From contig JBBPEB010000023.1 in NCBI GenBank assembly GCA_039096225.1, forward strand, positions 434,001-498,000: DNA of 64,000 bases. Reading direction: 5' to 3'. Position 1 is the first letter of the stretch; every line of letters begins with the position of its first letter. The notes under the pieces are model-generated. The model did no database searches and was not told the origin of the DNA. It was given only the letters and a program-made list of their open reading frames with translations. Below, one piece after another: positions 1-14,800 of this stretch. Origin of the DNA: Blastocystis sp. Blastoise. Lineage: Eukaryota; Protista; Bigyra: Opalinata. The position numbers and the translations under genes are program-made.

Positions 1-2565
1 CTATTTCAACAGAAACTATTCCTCAATTAAAACAAACAATAAAAGAATTAGAACAAAGCGTATTTGATATCAATAAATTATATTCTGAAGAAAAGAAAAA
101 AAATGATGAACAATTTAAAGAAATTCAACTATTGAAAGACAAAAAGGATACTGATACTAATTCATCTTCTATTCAATCAAAAGATGTAGACCAAAGTTCT
201 AAGAAACAAAAAGAGAGTGATGATACTATTAAAGCATTAAAGACTATAAATCAACAATTAAAGAAAGATTTAGAGAAATCTCAAATAATATTAGGTAAAG
301 TCAGTGATGAAAATGAACGTTTATATAAAGAAAATAATATTATGAAGAAAGATTATGATTCTATTGTACAACAATTAAAATCTCTATCGAGTTCAAAAGA
401 TTCAACACAATCTTTATTGAATTCTTCTGATAATAATAAAACTATTCAGAAAGATTCAATAGCTACAATTCAATCTCAATATGAAAAACAAATAGCTATT
501 TTAAATTATAGTGTTGTTCAAATACAAAAACAATATGATACTATGAAAGATCGATTAATGAATTTATTAAAGAATTTAAAATATGAAATACCAAATCCAA
601 CTACATCTGAAGATCCAATGGATCATTTTGAAGAAATATTGAATACTTATACAGAACAAATAACTGTTCTTATGGAGGATAATGATAAATTAGAAGAACA
701 AATGAAAGAATATCAAAATAAAAATAGTTCTCCTATGATAAAAGAATTACCTGTATCTACTGTTAAAGAGAATTCTATGTCTTTAATTGCAAATACTGAG
801 AATAATAAGAATTCAATGAAATCATCTGCAATAACAAATCCTTCTAGAAGAGCTTCAACTATATTATCTATGTCTATTCAAAATCAATCCATACATGATT
901 GTACAGATGTTGAAACACTTCAAAAAGAATTAAAATTAATTACTGAAGAATTAAGTCGTTATAAGAAAGATAATGCAAATCTAAATTTACAAATCTCAAA
1001 AATAGTTGAATTAGCTTCACAGAATGAAGAAAGTGCTACGACAACAAAACAACTTTATTCTGAAACTCAAAAGAAATATGAAGAATTAAAGAAACAATAT
1101 GATTCTATAGTAAACTCAAAAACGAATACTCTTTCTCCTTCTTCACCTAGTGGTTTAAGTACATCGAGTATACCTACTACAGTTTCTGTATGTAAGAATT
1201 TATTAGAGAAATGTGGAGTTAATGAAGAACAAGTCATGAGAAATGAACAAGTAAACAGAAGTATGAATATTCTTATGGATAAAAATATGTCATTAGAAGA
1301 AATGAATAAGAAACTTATTGAAGAAAACAAACAAATGAAAGATAGTATTCAATTAAAGAATAGTACTACTAATAATAATAGTAATACTCCAAAGAATTCT
1401 ATTTCTCCTAAAGATATTGATGTTAATCAGATATGTATTAATTATCAAAATTTGATTCGTGAAACACAACAACTCTTTGAAGAAAAAGAAAAAGATACTG
1501 AGTATTGTAGACAATCTATAGAACAATATACTAGAGATAAAACTCGTATTCTTGAATATATAGAAGAAAATGTGAAATTAATGCAAACAAATCAAGAAAA
1601 ATTCTTTAATGATATTCTAGCTAAAATTCAAGCAGATAATAAAGTAAGTTTTTTAAATTTGTTTTTTATAATAATATATATATGAATTTATTTTTAATTA
1701 TATATATATATATAAAGATCCGTGAAAATCAATATAAGACTCTTGTTCAAAATACTAATAGTATACTTATAATATCTATAATTATTTATATTCTATAATA
1801 TATATATATAAATAAAGATTTATTTATATATAGATATTTATAACATATTTATATATAGATACATCAAATAGCATTGTTACATTAGATTCTGTAAAGAATA
1901 TCAATACAGCCTATGTTTGTTATTGTTCATATATGAATTCTCAATATGATATTTTCAAGCAATTATTGAATCTCATTAAAACACCAAGTCTATTATTACC
2001 TGTATATACATAATTATATTAATAATTATTTTTTAAAAATATTCTCTTTATACTGATATTCTATTCTAGATTTTAATTATATATATAAAATAAATAATTC
2101 TACTTATATAGATTAAGGAAAATACATTAGAAATGGCAATTAAACAAAATGAAGAAGTTTATATATCTAATTATAAAGCTATTCAATATCAAAGTCAATT
2201 TAAAGAATTATTAACTGCTGTTCAAAGTAATAATTCTAAACGTATTCAAGATGTATATATTTTATTTATGTTTATTATGTTTTTTTTTGTTTATTCTTTT
2301 TATGTTTTTTTTATATATTTTGTATACGTTTATTATGTTTATTTTTTTTATTTATATATTTATTTTTTATATATTTTTATTTTTATTCTTTTTATGTTTA
2401 TATTTAATTTTATGTTTTGTTTATGTTTATTATATTTATTTTTTATTAATAATAATTAATAAATAATTTTATTATTATATATATAGATAATTAGTAGAAC
2501 TCCTTTAGTTACTCCTCTTGCTATTAATACAAAACATTTTGAACAACAAATTTCTGATCTTACAA

Positions 2566-2661
<96 letters not shown>

Positions 2662-3021
2662 TTTATTATTATTTTTATTATTAATATAAAAAAATATTTT
2701 CATTATTCAAATCTTATATATCTAATATAATAATACAAAATGATATAGGTTGTAAAAACATTAAATACAGAGCAACAACAATTATTAATTCGTTTTGATC
2801 AAGAAGTTCAAAGTTTAATGGCTGTATTAGATACATGTTTATCTGTTGTTGAAAGTTATATTCAAAATAATAATAGTATTCAAGATAAACATCAATCTTC
2901 TAGTTTATCTCAAGAACGTATAAAAGCTATTAATGAACTTAATAAAAAGAAACAAGAATATGATATTCTAAAAAAATCATTTACTAATGAAATTAACCGT
3001 CTTAAACCAATGTCAAAGTAA
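1..3021 (+). CDS. Long coiled-coil protein of unknown function, 5'-truncated; 5 exons visible (<1-1643, 1718-1760, 1859-2001, 2112-2252, 2487-2567, 2749-3021 are approximate and give 6 segments)
   Basis: Open frame from the window start, rich in E/K/Q/L heptads. GT-AG introns join in phase to TAA at 3019-3021. Confidence 0.8.
2569..2656. repeat. (TA)n microsatellite at the 5' end of an intron
   Basis: Uninterrupted TA run immediately after the donor G. Confidence 0.95.
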
Positions 3022-3663
3022 TTCATGTTATTCTTTTATATTCTTATACTTATTACTTATTTTTTAAATACATAACATACTTGAATATTTTTTATTGATA
3101 TTATATATTTTTTGTATTAATTGATATTATATACACTTTGTTATTTGATATGAAAAATAATCATCAGCTCTAATTCTGTTTATTTTGAAATAACAACAAT
3201 ACTATTATTATTATTATGCTTCATTCTTATTATATAAACAAAATATATTTCTTTACAAATCTAAATCAGGGAATTCATTAGCAAAAAAGACCATTTTTGT
3301 TTTTACAGACCAGCTAATAAAATCTAGTTTTATATATATTGATTGTCTAGAGTTTTTGTAAACTATAATTGTGGTATATCAAGTTTTTATGTAAACAAAA
3401 ATGAAATGATCAACAATAAACACATACTATTTAATCTAAAAATTATTCTTACACACTATAAATACTCTCTTTGATCAATATATATGCATAACATAATCTA
3501 AACATCTATGTATATGACATTAAAAAGGATAACAATAAACACAGAATCATAATCATGGAAAAAACGCAAATAAACTGTCTCTTCTGCGAACAAAACAGGA
3601 AAAAGAAAGATTTCTATTTACTTTTTATTAATTGGAATAACTCATTGAATTACATTTATTATA

Positions 3664-4927
3664 ATGAAAACAATTCTGTTACTCCTTCTACCATTTCTCT
3701 TCGTTGTTTGTATGTAATTGATTGATGATTATTCTCTACTTTTTCAACAAATAGGTCAATCGTCATGTGCTCAAGGTGAAGTTGAACTTAGTATACGAAG
3801 AGACTACTCTGTATATCCAGAAAATGAAGTATTTGAAATATGGAATCCCTCTGAAACGACTCAATCACAATTATTTGTTCAACGAGGTAATGAAACGGAT
3901 GTAAATACATCATATACATGGACTCTATGTACGAAACAAACAGAACATTTACTTGTTTTGAAATCTATGTATATAAATTTTACATATTTTTAAAATCTTT
4001 TGATTTTTTTTAAATAAATATATATATATTTATATATATTTATTTTTATAGTGATGGATCTGGTTGGAAATCACAGAAAACAAATTCTCTAATTACAATC
4101 ACTATTTTTGGAATTCCAATAATAAGCAAATCTATGGAAATAACAGAAGAAAATACTCTTTATACAACAAATTATTTATTTAATAGTATTTTATTTTTAT
4201 AATAGATAGTTATTTTTATAATAGATAGTTATTTTTATAATAGATAATTGTTTTTATAATAGATACTTATTTTTATAATAGATATTTATTTTTATAATAT
4301 TTATTTTTATAATAGATAGTTTTTTTTTATAATAAATAGTTATTTTTATAATAGATATTTATTTTATAATGGATAGTTTTTTTATAATAGATATTTATTT
4401 TTATAATATATATATATATATTCTTTTATATATTTATTTTTAGCAAAGTTATATGTTTTTGAAGATGTTCTTTTTCGTTACAAAGACACAATTGCTGAAG
4501 ATCCTGATTGGAAAACTAAAGAACCAAGCACGTGGCCTCAAGTGACTCATTCGACAGTTCCTTCAATGACGAATAATGTACGTTATTATACGTTAACAAT
4601 CCCCCTTCCTACAGATATTAACAGTTACGATATGACTCTTATCATTCGTACGGAGTACGGATTCATATCTTATGTTAATGGACAAGAAATGATACGTCAT
4701 AAACTCCCTCTGTATATATATAAATATTGAAAAAGATATTCTATTATATAAAATATATGTCTTATTATAATATTGATTTAATATATATAGTATCATAATA
4801 TTGATTTAGTATATATTATTAATGTATATAACTCGATATATATATATATAGAGGGACTATAGATCCATTAACAAATTCTACTTCTCCTAATGATTCTATA
4901 CCTCAATATATAAGGTATATATATATA

Positions 4928-4958
<31 letters not shown>

Positions 4959-5452
4959 TTCTACATGATTAAATAACATTCTTATAAGCAATACTATTCA
5001 TTTATATATATTTATAGTTCAAATATTCCTTTGAGTTTACTTACTGGTTCTTCTATATATATAGCAATAGAAGTTCATCAATATATAGAATACCCTCCTT
5101 CTCATGCTGATCCTTTTGATGTGTATATATATATGCAACCATTATCTGCTAACGGTATATATATATTAATATTATAATTTATCATTATAGATTATTATAT
5201 AATAATTATTAGTATTATACTTATTATATAATATAATATACTATATATATTTTATTCTTATGATAATATTTATATTTATAATAGTATGTAAGCCTTTATT
5301 TGAATCTGGATCTTCTATATGTACATATGATGGTACGAAAGATTGTACGGAGAACTGTCACGCTGCCTTTAATACAATATCTTCTTCTTCTCTGTATTAT
5401 CCAAATGTTACTACTGTCATTTTAGATTATTTCTTTAATGATAATATGTATA

Positions 5453-5490
<38 letters not shown>

Positions 5491-8400
5491 TCATATTGGA
5501 TTTATTATTTATATTTCATTTATTACTATTTATATATTAATTTTTTTGAAGTATTACTATATTCTATTATCATTATATAATAGTACAACTAAGAATTTTT
5601 ATTGGTCAAATCAGTATTCTGTTACTTCTTCATTCTCCTACCAATCCTATGCTCCTACTTCATGGACCCTCATTGGATATAACGGCAATCAACGTATTGT
5701 ATTAGATATACGTCAAAATATGACTTTTATACATCCCGGAGAAACATTAACATTTAATTATAATTATAATTCATTAACCTTTGATCATTATCAACTTATT
5801 ATTGGTATATATATTATATTGTTATTCTATGTGATAATAATAATAATAATAATAATATATATATATATTCTTATTAATTATAAAATAAAATATAATACTA
5901 ATAATAATAATTAATAAATAATATAATAATACTAATAATAATAATATATAGAAGAATCTGTTCCTCGTCCATTGTCTATTAATTCATTTCAAATATATAG
6001 TTGTTCTCTTCCATCTTCTACTATTCTTCCTCCTTCTCCAACATTTCAATATCCAAATAATAATACTATTCATTATATTATAGGAGAAGATAATCTTTCT
6101 ATTCAACCTATTGACTCTATATATACAAATGTTACTGCAGATCCTGAATTCCCCGCGGGAATCTATATAAATCCAAAAAATGGTTTTATTTATGTTAATA
6201 ATTTACTTGCAAATTCATTGGATTATATATATAATATTTCAGCTATTAATATAAATACATATACTAGTGAATCTCTTTCGTTACATATTCATATTGAAGG
6301 TATGTATAATAATTTACATATATATATATATTAATTAATCTATATATAATAATTAACATATATATATATTAATTAATCTATATATTAATTAATCTATATA
6401 TAATAATTAACATATATATATTAATTAATCTATATATATATACATTAACATATATATATATACATAACATATATATTAATTAACATATATACTATTCTTA
6501 AAACGAAATACTATTTTTTTAAATATATAAATTAATTATTATATATATATATATAGATTGTTATTCAAATGGTGGTTATTTATATATATTTAAAAAAGTA
6601 TATAATTCCCATGGGAATGAAGAATCTTTTTCTATAGAGTCAGAATCTCATGAACTTCTTTATACATCTCCTTCTGTATTAAATATAGCTTCTATTTCAC
6701 ATACATTTTGTCTTTACGATAATTCTATTTATATACATTTATATTCTATGAATGGTAACGGATGGGATCCTAAATCCTATTTATATATATCCTTAAAATC
6801 ATCATCACCTTATGGTATTCAAGAAAAACCTGATAATTATCAACGATTATTTTTAAATAATGGATATCATATTCAATATTCTTTATATATACATCCTCAA
6901 ATACCTCATTATGATACTAATTGGAATATAACTATGAATAAAGATATTAAAGATTGGTATGTAAATAATCCACAAAATAATACATTTATTCCATATATAT
7001 ATGAACCTGTTATGAATAGTACAAGTACAAATTGGTATTTTAGAAAGAATATATATATAAATAATATTACACAATTTGATAGCGTATTATTTAAAGTTGC
7101 TTTTCGATATGGTATGGTTATATATATAAATGAAAAGAAATGGTATTCTCATAATTTACCAGGTGGTTCTATTGTTAATGCTTCTTCTATATATAAATAT
7201 AAATCAGAAAGAACAATGAAATCATTTTCAGGTTTATTAAAATATTTTAAAGAAGGAAATAATTTAATTGCTATAGGAATAGTGAATAGTATTTATTACC
7301 CTGTTTCTACAGTTGATTTTACTTTATTTATGCTTTTATCAACTTCTTCTTCTTCTCTTCCTCCTTATAGTAAAATAGACTCTATTTCTGCATCAGGAAG
7401 TACAGAAAATATTGAAGCATTAACAGATATGTCTACAAAAACAGATTGTTTATTACAAGGACAATTTAGTATATTAATAGATACATTTTTTGAAAAAGAA
7501 TATCATTATGTTAATAAATATTGTATTACTAGTAATACATATAATCAGGATTATGATCCTTTTGAATGGAAAGTACAAGGTATATATATGAGTGGAGCTG
7601 TAAGAACATTAGATAAACAATCAAATATTATTTTTAATTCAAGACAACAAACAAAATGTTTTTATATAAATTTATTAACATCAACTCCATTTGATCAATT
7701 AACTATAGAATTTTTAAAATCATATCATTCATCAAAAATACAAATACAATTACAAATATCAATATCAGAAATACAATGGTATATAGAAGATGTTTCTTCT
7801 CTTATTCTTTCTCCTTTTACTATTTCTCCTTTATCTTCTTCTCTTTATTATAATGTACCTTTTAATACATATATACCTTCAGATATTCATTATCAAAATT
7901 ATACATATAAAGGATTAGAAGAATATATAGAATATGATAGTCATTCTGGTATAGTCATAGGAAAACCTTATACTGATCATTCTATTCCTTTTAATCTTAC
8001 TATAACAGCATTAGATTTTTATGAGAATCAATATAATACCACTGTTTCTTATATTACATCTACTTGTCCTATACCTATGAATCTATTTACTATAGCTATA
8101 CAAGGTAGTTCTTTAGGTGAAGGACAAGGATTAAGTATAGAAGATAGTAATCATACAATTATTTATAATGTTAATAGTGTTCGTTCTTCACTTCTTAATT
8201 ATTATAGTTTTTGTCATCTTCCTGATCTATTTACTATTCATTATATATCATCTATACCTCATGCTTGGGATGAAGGTTATTTAAATATATATATAGATTC
8301 TTCTATACTTGTATATAGTGGATCTTATTCTAAATATGATCTGAATACATCTGAATCATGCTATTTAGGTTATTATATAACACCACTTTATAACATATAT

Positions 8401-11076
8401 AATTTTACTATGGAATCTGTAGATCCTGATTGGATATTATTTGATTATGATGATTCTGATTGGTCTATTGTTTCACAACCTTCTCCTATTTATAATGAAG
8501 ATATAATTACATTTTATTATAGAATGAAATTTATGATCTATTCATTAATTGATATTGAGTATTTATATTTATCAATAAGTAGTTATGGTGGTTCAGTAGT
8601 ATATATAAATAATAAAGAAGTTTATCGTTATAATTTACCTGATGGACCAATAAATAGTACTACTTATGCTCTTGAAACTTATAATAATAGAAAAACATAT
8701 GGTATTCCATTAGATATCCATAATATAACATTATATATATCAAATACTAATGAGAATATATTAGCTATAGAAAAACATAGAAGTAAAGAAGATGATATAC
8801 GTGTTACTCAATTAACTACTACTTTATCTGGTATTCCTTCTCATTCTAGAAGATCTATTAATATGAATAGTCAAAGTAATTTAATAGATGATTTATTAGT
8901 TCATACATTAATAGATAATAATAAAAATACTATATATATAAATGGACCTCAATGTGAAGATACTATATATTCATTTGGATATAAAGATAAATCACAAGAT
9001 ATTATTAATCAATATAGTATTACATTTGGTTTATTATGTAATAGAAGACATCCTAGTAATTGGAATCTTGAAGGTAGTAATGATAATATAACTTGGTCTA
9101 TTTTACATATAGCTGAACATATATATGTAAATCAATCATATGCTACTTATGTATTTAATATTCCAAATCAAAAATCATATAATCAATATCGTATTGTTAT
9201 AAATGAATGTAATAATATACCTTTTGAAAATGATAATGATATACAATGTCAGAATAGTGTTATTAATCATTCCTATGGTATTCAAATATCTGATATTTCT
9301 TTATATTATCATAAACAACAATATACTTGTGATGATACTATATATGGAAAAGGTATTCAAAATCAATATTCATATATTAATTGTGGACCTGATTATATTG
9401 GCTATTTTAGAAGATTATGTTATGAAGGTCAATATTTATCTATAGAAAATACATGTACTTATTATCCACAAACATATATAGAATATAAAGAATATTCATA
9501 TATAGTATATCGTGATTTATATTTTGAAATTATACCTATTATTAGAGGTAAAGATATACATATATCTATATCTCCTTCTCTTCCTCAAGGAGTTACTATT
9601 AATTCACAAGGAGTTATTTCAGGAATTTCCTCTAATACATTATTCTCTACTATATATACAATTCAAATAACAAATAAAAAAAGTACTTCTACAACAAAAA
9701 TACAATTAACTATAAATATAGTTTCTTGTTATCATTCTGGTGAATGGCCTAATACTCCAATTGGAAAATATGCAATTTTACCTTGTAAAGATTCTGATTA
9801 TTATTCAGGTGAAAGAAGACGTTTTTGTGAATTATCTTATCCTCCTAGTTGGAAAGAAGAAGAGAATTTATGTCGAATTAAAGCACCTATACTTCTGTAT
9901 CCAAAATCAATATATACATTTTTTGTTAATAATACAATAACTCCTATTATTCCTTACATAGGTGGATTATTATTAAGTAACATATCTTCTACTTCTTTAC
10001 CTAAAGGTATAACTATAGATTCTGTTACAGGAATAATATCAGGAACACCAATTCATATACAGAATGGTACTATAATAATATCTATATCAAATCCTACAAA
10101 CAGTACATCTTTTTCTATCGAATATTCTATAACATATGCTCAATGTTTACAAGAGAAAGAATGGCCAGCTAGTCTATATAATGATATTATATATATACCA
10201 TGTGGTAATAATCAAGTTGGTTATCAATATAAACAATGTGATAATAATAATGGAATTTATAATTATACTATTTCAAATACTACACAATGTTCTATTTATA
10301 AAGGTGAATCTGAAATACCTTATTATAATTATTTATATAGTTATTTATATTTTAGTGCAAAAGGTGTGTCAGCCGTACAAATGAATGATCCAGAAACTTA
10401 CTCTATATTTTACTCAACAATACAATCTTTATTATCAAATGTAATTCATAAAGATACTATTCAATATATTAATAATACTCAAGATGGTTATGATACAACG
10501 ATTATTTTATTCCGTTATTTAATATATGCTGATTCTTATGAGCATTTAGTGAATGTTTTATTGGATAGTATTCACGTAGATCAATCTGGAAGTTCTCCTT
10601 TATTAGCATTATTATATAATACAAAGAATTCTAATTTAATGTCTATAACAAATATAAGAATAAAAGGAGGACATATTGTAACTCGTGATATTCTATTAAT
10701 CTATATAGGATATGCCTTGATTACTATTATCTTCTGTTGCTTAATATTATATATGTTATATCCTTATATCAATAAAATAATACAAAAATATTTCCCTATA
10801 GAAGAAGAAGAATATGAAGATGATGAAGAAGGATATGAAGAAATTATTGAGAATACTATAGATATATCTCCTGAAAACTCTATGTTGAATGATAAAAATT
10901 TAAAAGATACTGCTGAAATAGTTTCAGATAGTTCTCAGATAATAAATAAAAATAATTCAGAAGAAGATATAAATATAAATAATAAACAAGATTTCTGTAT
11001 AGATAGTAATCAAAACCAAAAAACTTCTCAAAAAGATATTGATACAAATATGAATATACCTATAAATACAAACTAA
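3664..11076 (+). CDS. Giant type-I membrane surface protein: signal peptide, repeated galactose-binding-like / F5/8-discoidin-like / putative-Ig (He_PIG) modules, Cys-rich HRM-like modules, TM helix, acidic tail; 9 exons
   Basis: Signal MKTILLLLLPFLFVVC. Eight in-phase GT-AG introns, then one exon of about 4.5 kb. Motifs VYINNKEVYRYNLP, RRHPSNWNLEGSND, SPSLPQGVTINSQGVISG, CYHSGEWPNTPIGKYAILPC; TM ILLIYIGYALITIIFCCLILYMLY. Confidence 0.85.
4188..4410. repeat. Intronic minisatellite, ~19-bp unit TTATTTTTATAATAGATAG, about 11-12 degenerate copies
   Basis: Tandem array seen directly, filling most of intron 3 of the surface-protein gene. Confidence 0.9.
6315..6492. repeat. Intronic tandem repeat of TTAATTAATCTATATATAATAATTAACATATATATA-like units
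   Basis: Degenerate tandem copies seen directly. Confidence 0.75.
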
Positions 11077-11896
11077 AATTTATGTTCTTTATATAATTTT
11101 TTGATTTATTTAATTGTTATATATTTGATTTTGTTTGTTTACATTGTTCAAAATATTTTTCTTTAAAAGTTTATATTTGTTTTTCAAAAAACAGCATTTT
11201 TTTAATATATAAAAATGCTAATAAACTATTCGTAATTAAAATTCTGAAGTTTACATACAATTCTAAAATATAATATATGATCTCTATACATACAAACGAC
11301 AATTCACATAAAATTTCCGTTTCTTTGAATCATTATTGTATATTTTATATTACTCACTAATTGATGAGATGCATGTATATACCTTAATCTATTCATAGAA
11401 TCATATTAAATTATTTACATAGATTATTTTCCCATATTCACAGAAAATAGCTTATTTTCGTATTTTACAATTGTTTTTATTTATTTTATATCCTTACAAT
11501 AAGCAAGAGTGCATTTTGTTCATCAAATAAGAATAAAAATGATGAAGATCCATCAAAATAGTATTTTGATTTCACGAATTCTATGATTTTCTAAAGATTA
11601 TTCATATTCCCTTCTATCTATCAACCAACTAATCAAAAATATATATATCTTCCATATGAAAATGATTAAAAATAAATGACGACAGGGAAATATATTGGAT
11701 TTCCACGGAAATTTTTGTTAATTAAACCAAAATTTAATAAAAAGAATTAACAAAATTAAATGTGAATTAACTGGCTATTTTTAAGAAAATATCGAATCAA
11801 ATCGCAAATAAAGTCCTCAAAGAAATTTAATTTTTTTTTATGTTTTACAATTCTATTTATATACAGTAAAGATAACTAACCATATCGCATTATAAG

Positions 11897-14800
11897 ATGA
11901 TTTTACTGTATTATATGATTTTCCTTATGTGTTCATACAACGGTAAATACTTTTTGTCTTCCTTTGTTAAATGTATTTAGTCATGGCAGTTTCTGATTGT
12001 ACTAGTGAACCTGTTTCTGCTTGTACTGGTGGAACAGTTTCTGTTAAAATTGATATGACAATGCATCATTCTGAAATATTGGAATTATATAGAGGATCTG
12101 AAAATGAAAAGGTTTTTCAATATTCATTTCGTCAAACAGGGCTTTTTAATACGTGCCTGAGTCGTCAATTATATACAATTTCTGCCTCTTGCGAGTAAAT
12201 ACATTATTTGTTTATTTTTCTTTTTATTTTATTGCTATTTGATTTCAACATATATAGAAGGAGTAGTGGTGATATTCAAAATTGTACAGATAGAAGATCA
12301 TTTTTTAGTTTGAATATTGAAGGCATTACTGTACTTAAAGATTCACTAGATTCTTGTGAATCAAGAGAATGGACTTTTTTACGTATATATATTAATTATT
12401 TTTTTATTAATAATTTATATAAATGTATATGTTATTAGTTATTCTTTAAATAGTAGTATTTTTTGTTAATCAATTTTATATAATAAATAATTATATATAT
12501 ATATATATATATATTATTTATATAGCTTATTTACCATTAATTAAAGAAAGTAAATGGAAACAAAGTTTTCAAGTACAAAATACATTAGATTGGACATATT
12601 CAAATTATAATGATAATACTTGGAATGAATATATATATAATGAATATGATAATGAATCACGACAAGGTAGACGTTATTATAGAACAGTAATAGATTTAAA
12701 AACATATAGTACGAAATTTACTTTATTTGATTTAAATACAAATATACAATTTGGTACAGTAATATATTTTAATGGAATTGAAGTAGTACGTTATAATATG
12801 AATGAAACAGAAATTATTACTTCTTCTTCTCTTGCTACTAATATGGAACCTCAAGCTGTTATTGAAAGAATTACAGGAAATCTTCAATATTATTTACAAA
12901 ACTCAACAAAATTAACAATAGCTATAGGTATTTTTCCTTATCATTTTAATGATGATCTTAAAGATTCTTTTTATTCTATTTTATTTTTACATTATGGTAA
13001 TGATATATATCGTTCTGGTGGTACTGCTAGTGCTACAACATTTAATCAGCCAAGAGAAGATATGCATTGTTTATTTGATCATAATCCTAATACAAAATGG
13101 CTTGGAGTGACAACTGGGGTTATTCAAAATATAGTGAATTATACTTTTCCTGCAAGACATCGAGAATGGATTAATAAATATACACTTGTATCTGCTAATG
13201 ATCATATAGAACGTAGTCCTAAAATATTACATATATATGGATCAAATGATAATGGAAATACCTGGATATTATTAGATAGAAATAGAAATATAACATTTAA
13301 TGGGTATTTTGAACCTCAAACTTTTTATATGTTATCAAATATAAAAGCATATAATAAATATCAATTTGTATTTATAGATACACAACAACCTAATTGTCCT
13401 AATGTTCAATTAGCTGATATAGTATTATATAGTAGTAATATTCCAACTATTACTAGTTTTCAATATGAAAAGGATTCATACCTTTGGTATACAAACAAAA
13501 AAATACATATAAAACCAATATCATCTGGATATATTTCTTATTCTCTTCTTTCTTCTTCTTCTATGCCTAGTGGATTAACTTTTGATACATTATCAGGAGA
13601 AATTTATGGTGAAACCACTCAATCTTCTAATAATATATTAAGTATAAGTGCAAGAAATATTTTAAATGAAATTGAATATACTACATTAAATATAACAATT
13701 ATTACATGTGATCTTACTACACATTCTTCTTTAACTTTTTCATTTTCTTCACATTCCAGTATTCCTTCAAATGAAATATATGAATTACAAACAAAAGATG
13801 GTGATATTATTCATAGTTCTTATGGTAAAAAGAATGATAATAATAATATTGAAACTATTGCTATTTGTGTTGAAGATAATGATTATTATATTATCCTTCG
13901 TAATTTAATTGAAACAGAATGGTCATCAACTTCTTTATTAACGATAAAAAGAAAAACTAAAGGTGATACTTCTTATATTATATATAGAGATTCTTTAAAA
14001 GAAACTGATTATTCAAGAGCTTTAATTCATATAAAAAATGAACATTCATTTATTGATACAGATATATTATGTTATTTTTCTTCTGAAAATATTCAAGAAT
14101 TCCCTGATATTACAAGTATATCAGATTTATTTTATCCTTGTTTTATAAATAATACAAATAATAATATGCTAACTGCAAGTTTTTCTCAATCTCTACCTTA
14201 TCATTATTATATATCTACAATCGAAACTCCTAATGATATTTCATTTCATGGAATTGAAATTCGTATTAGGTATTATTCTACAATTACTTTATATATTAAT
14301 AATACTTATTATTTTTCTTCAAATCAAAATCAAGATAATTCTGATGATTCGAATTCAAATAATTCACATACAGTTACGTTAACAATTGATCCTTATTTAT
14401 TTATTCCTGGAACAACTACTACTTTATCATTTTATGAATATTTTGGTTCATCTATTCCACAAGAACATACTATTTTATTTTCATATAGTAGTCGCTTTTT
14501 ATATGAAGTATCTAATCATTCACGTACTTGGGATATGAATGCCTCATTATCAGGTTTAGCTCCTATAAATCCTAATGATAACTTATATCCTATTATTGAT
14601 GGCTTATATAAAAATGGATATAATGGAAGTTTTACAGGAAATAATTTTTCTCCATTAAATATATCTATAAATTATATAGAAAATCGATATGAATTTATTA
14701 ATAAATATTGTTTTATTAATTATTATAATTCTTTTAATACTGATCCTATTTCTTGGAATGTATATGGTTGTATAAATAATAAATGTAATATTTTTATGAA

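Noticed and set aside
2133-2730. Short Ile/Tyr/Phe-rich ORFs here and throughout the ORF track (e.g. YIYIYI, poly-Y)
   Set aside because: They are translations of intronic TA/TAT microsatellites or antisense shadows, not genes.
4188-4410. CRISPR-like repeat array
   Set aside because: Head-to-tail AT-only units with no unique spacers, located in an intron of a eukaryotic gene.
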